From NCBI RefSeq assembly GCF_009914755.1, contig NC_060942.1: DNA of 64,000 nt; one strand, 5' to 3'. The notes beneath the pieces are model-generated. The model worked only from the letters and a program-made list of their open reading frames with translations, was not told the origin of the DNA and made no database searches. The translations under genes and the position numbers were made by a program. Positions within the stretch are counted from its first letter, which is position 1. Every line of letters begins with the position of its first letter. This document shows positions 58,038 through 64,000 of the stretch, piece by piece. Source of the stretch: the human T2T-CHM13v2.0 reference genome, Homo sapiens.

Positions 58038-58243
58038 GTATATATCTATATATATATACATACACATACATATATATACATACGCATATACATATATACA
58101 TATGTATATATGTTTATGTATATAAGCTTATATACATAAACATATATACATATGTATATAACATATACATGTATATATGTTATATGTATATGTATATATA
58201 CACATACATACATACATATGTATATACACACATATATATATAT
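58038..58243. repeat. (TA/CA/TG)n low-complexity tract containing a perfect 68-bp palindrome
   Basis: Read directly; palindrome at 58093-58160. Confidence 0.95.
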
Positions 58244-58428
58244 GAATGAAAATGTGGGGTCACATGGTACTCTGTTTGATAGTTTAAGGAACTCACATTG
58301 TTTTACAAAGCAGTTGCACTGTTTTCAACACTTGCTTTCCGACTTTGATTCCAGTCACCCTAATGCTTATAAAACAGCATCTCATTGTGATCTTAAGTGG
58401 CATTCCCCTGCTGACTAATGAATATTAA

Positions 58429-58738
<310 letters not shown>

Positions 58739-61700
58739 GAATACTAACATCTTTTTATATACTTTTTGACAGTTTTATCTCTTCCTTACGGAATTATCTA
58801 TTCAGATACGTTGTCCATTTTTTTCCTTATATTATTGAGTTGAAATATGTTTTTAAAATATATTCTAGATACAGTTCCCTTATTAGATATAGGTTTGCAA
58901 GTCTTTTCTCCCATTCTATAAGCTGTCTTTTCATTATCTTGGTGAGATCTTTTGAAACACTAAAGCTTTTAATTTAAATGATGTCCAATTTATGGTTTTT
59001 TCTTTTATTTTTTTTCTTGCTCAATCTTTTGGTGTCATGTTGAAGAATTCTTTGTCAAATCCAATGTCATCAAAATTTACAGTAATGGTTTCTCCTAAAA
59101 GTTTTACAGTTTTTGCTCTGATATTTAGGTCTTTATTCCAATTTGAGTTAATTATGAGTTAATATAGAATAAAGTAAGCATCCACCTTTATTCGTTTACA
59201 TATAGCTTTCCAATTGTCAGCACCATTTACTGAAAAGGTTATTCCTGGCACCCTGAATGGTCTTAGTACTCTTTGGACATAAATACTTACGTTTAAGCAT
59301 AAACGTAATTTTGTTTATTTCCAGGCTCTTCATTTTTACCCCACTGATCTGCAAGGCTAATCTTGTGTCAATTCTGTTTCTTTGTGGTAAGTTTTGACAT
59401 CAGGAATTGTGAGACTTCCTTCTTACCTCTTCTTTTTAGATTGTTTTGGCTATTCTGGGTCCCTTTCCATTCCATACAAATTTTAGAATTAGCTTTTAGT
59501 TACACTTCAGTTTGGATTCTGATAGTGTTTGTGCCAAGTTTATTAAATATAATCAGTTTGCAGAATATTGCCATCTTAACAACTTTAAGTTTGATTTATA
59601 GAAGCATGACTTTTAAAAATGTATTTAGATATTTTTAAATTTATTTCTATCTTCTTTAATTTATTTCAACAATTTTTGATAGTTTTCAGTGCATCTTTAC
59701 ACTTCACTTGTTAAATTTATTCCTATATACTTTATTGTTTTTGATGCTATTGTAAAATAAAAGTATTTACTTACATTTTTAGATTATATGTCTATTTTTG
59801 AAGCATTCTTATAACTACCTCATTCTTCTAATTTTATTGTCTTAAAAATAATTTTTCATATTTTCAACTGCATAGTTTTCACATTAAAGGATTGCATGTA
59901 GAAGATATAAGATAAATATTTAAATAATAAAAAGAAAGCAGAGAAAAAATAATTTATAAGCAATTTAAACAAAGAAAACACAATTTATAAAATATCTTCT
60001 GTATGTTAAACATAGGTATATGAAAAAAAAATTCTTGACCTCAATGAGTTCACAAAATTTGTTTACCTAGAAGACACCTACATTTATTCAAATTAGAGAA
60101 AAGTTTATAGAATTGCGTTAAATTATTTTTATAGCACAAATATCACTTTAAAAAGTGCAGAGAAGAGACCAATTAATGTGGTATAAAATATATATAAGAC
60201 TTTGGAGGAAAATAAAACCAGAAGCAGCAGTGAAAACAACAGGGATGCTAATCTGTTGAATGAAATAGATGAGGGCATAGATGCAAGAACTGTTACATGC
60301 TATTTCTGCAAACTGTATGTTTCACCATTTGACAGGAGCAGCAGTAGTGAATAATTAAACAAAGACCTGATAGCGTATAGAGCTTAAGCACTGTGACTAA
60401 GCAAGATCATTAAAATATAATAATGGCAGTGTTCAGTATGAGTAAAAGACAATTGTGTCCAGAAGAGATTAAATTAATAAAACAAAAAGGTGGCACGAAA
60501 ATAGATAGGATAGAATTGAGGGGCCACATGAGTTTCATTAGAACATCAGAGATACGGCATTAGGAGGTAGCAGTGGAAATAAGAAAGTGTTGTATAAAAC
60601 ACGGAGACTTTGAGCTTAATAAAACTCTTTCAGAATGACACATTAAACTACTTATGAATTAACTCGTTGTTCAGAACTTATAAATAATTAACATATTTAT
60701 TAAAATACTGTTCATTCCATTTCAGAGTTAAGACAGAAATGGCATAAAAGTATTTCAGCATTAAGTTCTAAGAGGTGTCTTATGCTGCTCATCGCCTTTC
60801 TATCACCTCCGTTTCTGGTACTCTGACAGGGTGAAATGTTGTATGAGTAGCTGTGACATCTTTTCTTCCAACTAAAAGTTTCATTGAAGTTTTTTTCTTA
60901 CTTTTTAGCAATGAAATTACTTTTTAAAATTGTAAGAAAATAAGTCCATTCTCAGGATAATTCAGGTATTCTTTTTTCATAGTAATGGACTTCTAGTTTC
61001 TGAAGGAAGAGTTTTCAATTTCTATTTTTCTATGTTGTCATTTGATTAAAAAGTTGTTAAATGTTTTCTTCAGAATTCTATTTCTAAGCTTAGCAAAGAC
61101 TTTTTTTGTAAAATGATCCTCACTCATTGACAGCATAAATCTGAAATTTATGTTGTTGAAAGCTAGTATTAACACCATTAAGTTTAACATACCCGATTGT
61201 TTCTATTTTCATTTTGTTAATAAAGTCTTACATGGAAAAAAAGGGGGGGATTATAAAAAAAATTAAAATCAAATTTATTGATTTTCTCTTATGCTGTGTG
61301 CTTTTTGTTTCCTCTCTGTTAAATCTTTGTCTAATTCAGATTACAAATATACATAAAGAAATTCAGGTCTGTGATCCATATAACATTGATTTTTGAACAT
61401 GATTAGAGGTAAGAGTTGATATTCACATTTTTTTCCAAATTATATTCAATCGTTCCAACATGATTTCTTGAAAAAAAAAGGTTTTTACTTCATCAAATTC
61501 TCTTAATTCTGCCACTAGACACTATTACACATTTAATACAGTCTCTAAGTTTCTTACGTTATACTTCCATTTTAGCTCTCTCGTTTTTTCTGTTAATATT
61601 GTTACATAGTTTACTTCTACATACTTAACAAATTTTCAAAGTTATTATTTTTACTTTAAAAAATTAATGATCATTTAAAAGTTTAAACATAACAAAAAAT

Positions 61701-62244
61701 GTACTTTACATTTGTCGGCATATGTTTCGTTCGTGGCCCTCTCTGTTTCTATCTGATATCAGATAGAAGTCCTAATTTCTATCTGATATCATTTTCCTTC
61801 TGCCTATGAAAATTTCCTTAATATTTCTTATAATAAAGTTTAAATAAAATTAATTATCTCATGATTTGTCTGTGAGATAATGCCTTTATTTTGCCTATGT
61901 TTCTGGAAGATATATGCAGATAGTATAAAATTCTGGATTTATAGGGTTTTTTTACTTTAATTTAAAGTTGTCCCTCATTGACTTGGTAGTGGGGTGTGCA
62001 CAAAGAACTCTGCTACCACTCTTTTCATTATTCCTCAGTATATAATGTTTCTTTTTTATCCAACATCCTTTAATATATATTTTTTTAATTTTGGTTTTCA
62101 GAGCTTTGGCTCTCTCATGCCATTTTATTTAATCATTCATTCATTCACTCATTCATTCATTATATTGTTTGGAGTTCCTCTGATCTTATTGGAATTGTGG
62201 GGTTTTTTTTAAGTCTTTTATTGTTTTTGGAAAATTATTGAGAA

Positions 62245-63200
62245 CATGGGGATAGCCAAAGATTTCTTAAGTAGGATACATAAAGCATGAACACAATGAA
62301 AAAAATTAGAAATTGACAAATTTGTTAAAAGTAACAAACACTGGCCTTTGGAAAAACACTACTAAGTGAGGCAAAACCTAAGCCATGAACGGGGAACAGT
62401 CCTGTACTGTAATTTGAAAATGGTATAAACTTTCCCAAAAAAGATAATATAAATGACTGAGAGCACATAAAATGTTGCTCAGCCTCATTTATTATAGAAG
62501 GATAAATTAAAACCACAATACAGTATCACACTCACTAGAATGAATGAAATTTTAAAAGCTTAGAAGTAAAGATATGAACTGGACCTTTCATATATTTCTG
62601 TCAATATAAAATTGAACACTTTATCAAAGATTATTGCCATATTCTAAAAGTTCAATATACACAGGCCACTCAGTAATTCCACTCCTTGGTATGTATGAAA
62701 GAGAAATGAAAACAGACCTCCATTCAACATAGAATTTCATATAATCTTATTAATGGCCCCTAATTGGAAACAACCCAAATATCTACCAATTAGCAAATAC
62801 TTAAACAAAATGTGATATTCATAAAATTGATTACTACTCATTAATAAACAGCATGAAACTACTAATACATGTAACAACTAGATGAATTTTAAACATATTA
62901 TGCTGATTGGAAGAAGCCAGACACGAAAGAGTATATATGCTATGAATCACTTTATATGTATCTCCAGAAAAGACAAATCTAACTGATGATGACAAAAATA
63001 GATCAGTTTTTGCTGAGGCCAGAAATGGAATAGAACTAACTTAAAACATTTAATTTACTTAAATGTAACTAACAAAACAAACATTTTATGTTGATGAAGC
63101 TGCTCAATATCTTGATTATGTATATGGGTGTATATATTTGTATATATACGGGTGTATATATTTGTCAAAACTCATTAAATGTGCAAGTAAATGGTTATTG
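62245..63200 (+). mobile_element. Old L1ME 3' region
   Basis: CAAAGATTTCTTAAGTAGGA; AATTCCACTCCTTGGTAT; TTGGAAACAACCCAAAT; GAAGAAGCCAGACAC. Confidence 0.75.
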
Positions 63201-64000
63201 TTATGTAACATAACATGATTATTATGTAAATTGTACCTAAATGAAGTAATTTAACAAAATCTGTGTACACATTTTGATATTCTATACTGATTTTATATTT
63301 ATATATATATATACACACACACACATACATATGTATATACACATAAACACACCCACACACAATGTTGACTATTTCAGTCAGAACCAATTAATGTATTCTA
63401 TTGATTATTCTATGACTATGAAAACCAAATGGGTTATCATTCAAAAGCTGATCCCTTTTCAACCAATTTCTGCTTTTCCTCACACTGGTGACATTCTCTT
63501 TCACTCTAAATTTCACTGCTTCTAAAACTAATGGATGATGGATGCTTTCTCTGGGCTTCATTCTTTTAAAAAAAAAATCTATAAAAATTTGTTTACTAAT
63601 TTTCCTATTTATTGAGGGAAAAGTAGATATGGAAAATGTCAAAGGAAATATTAAACAAGTAGGTAGGATTTAAAAAAAGATTGAGGAAAGGGAGGGGAAA
63701 TTATTGGCTATTTCACAAACAAAAAAATTAAGTTATGTTCTTATCTAGACAAGATGTACAGGAAAGAGGAAACTAGGTAAAGAATACCAACCGAGTGACA
63801 AAAAGATAGATACTCTACAGCAGTAATAAAGGGTGAATATATTTTTAAAAATTGAAAGAACGTAATTAATATAAATAAATTTTCTTTTCAGAAAATCCTG
63901 AGGCTTCCATACGACCTACAGACAAACAGCAATAAGACGTGGGGCATTCACTCAGAAACTTCTACTGAAGTTGTGCTGACTGTATTGTAAGGGCCCTGAT

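Noticed and set aside
57998-58418. Y/I/T/H-rich ORFs
   Set aside because: They are translations of the TA/CA low-complexity tract; the same applies to 6477-6819 and 63175-63525.

Overview
This is AT-rich, CpG-poor primate (most likely human) genomic DNA from an intergenic region or a long intron. I find no supportable protein-coding gene, RNA gene or CpG island, and I cannot name the locus. Over half the window is recognisable transposable-element debris. This includes about 17 Alu/FLAM copies (AluJ, AluS, AluY), a 5'-truncated L1PA with a clean 19-bp target-site duplication (TSD), several long decayed L1M elements, and an LTR-less ERV-L gag-pol fragment. It also includes solo LTRs (LTR33-like, LTR47-like, MER57-like, MLT1, MLT2A), DNA transposons (Tigger3, MER58, MER20) and L2/MIR remnants. 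The ORFs in the track are explained by repeats or chance. I see no evidence for a new gene system. The notable signals are structural: a perfect 68-bp AT-rich palindrome, a 54-bp-arm fold-back hairpin inside an LTR, two AluY copies stacked at one site with a triplicated target sequence, and several locally templated duplication/inversion scars. Subfamily names come from recalled consensus sequences, and boundaries of old elements are approximate.
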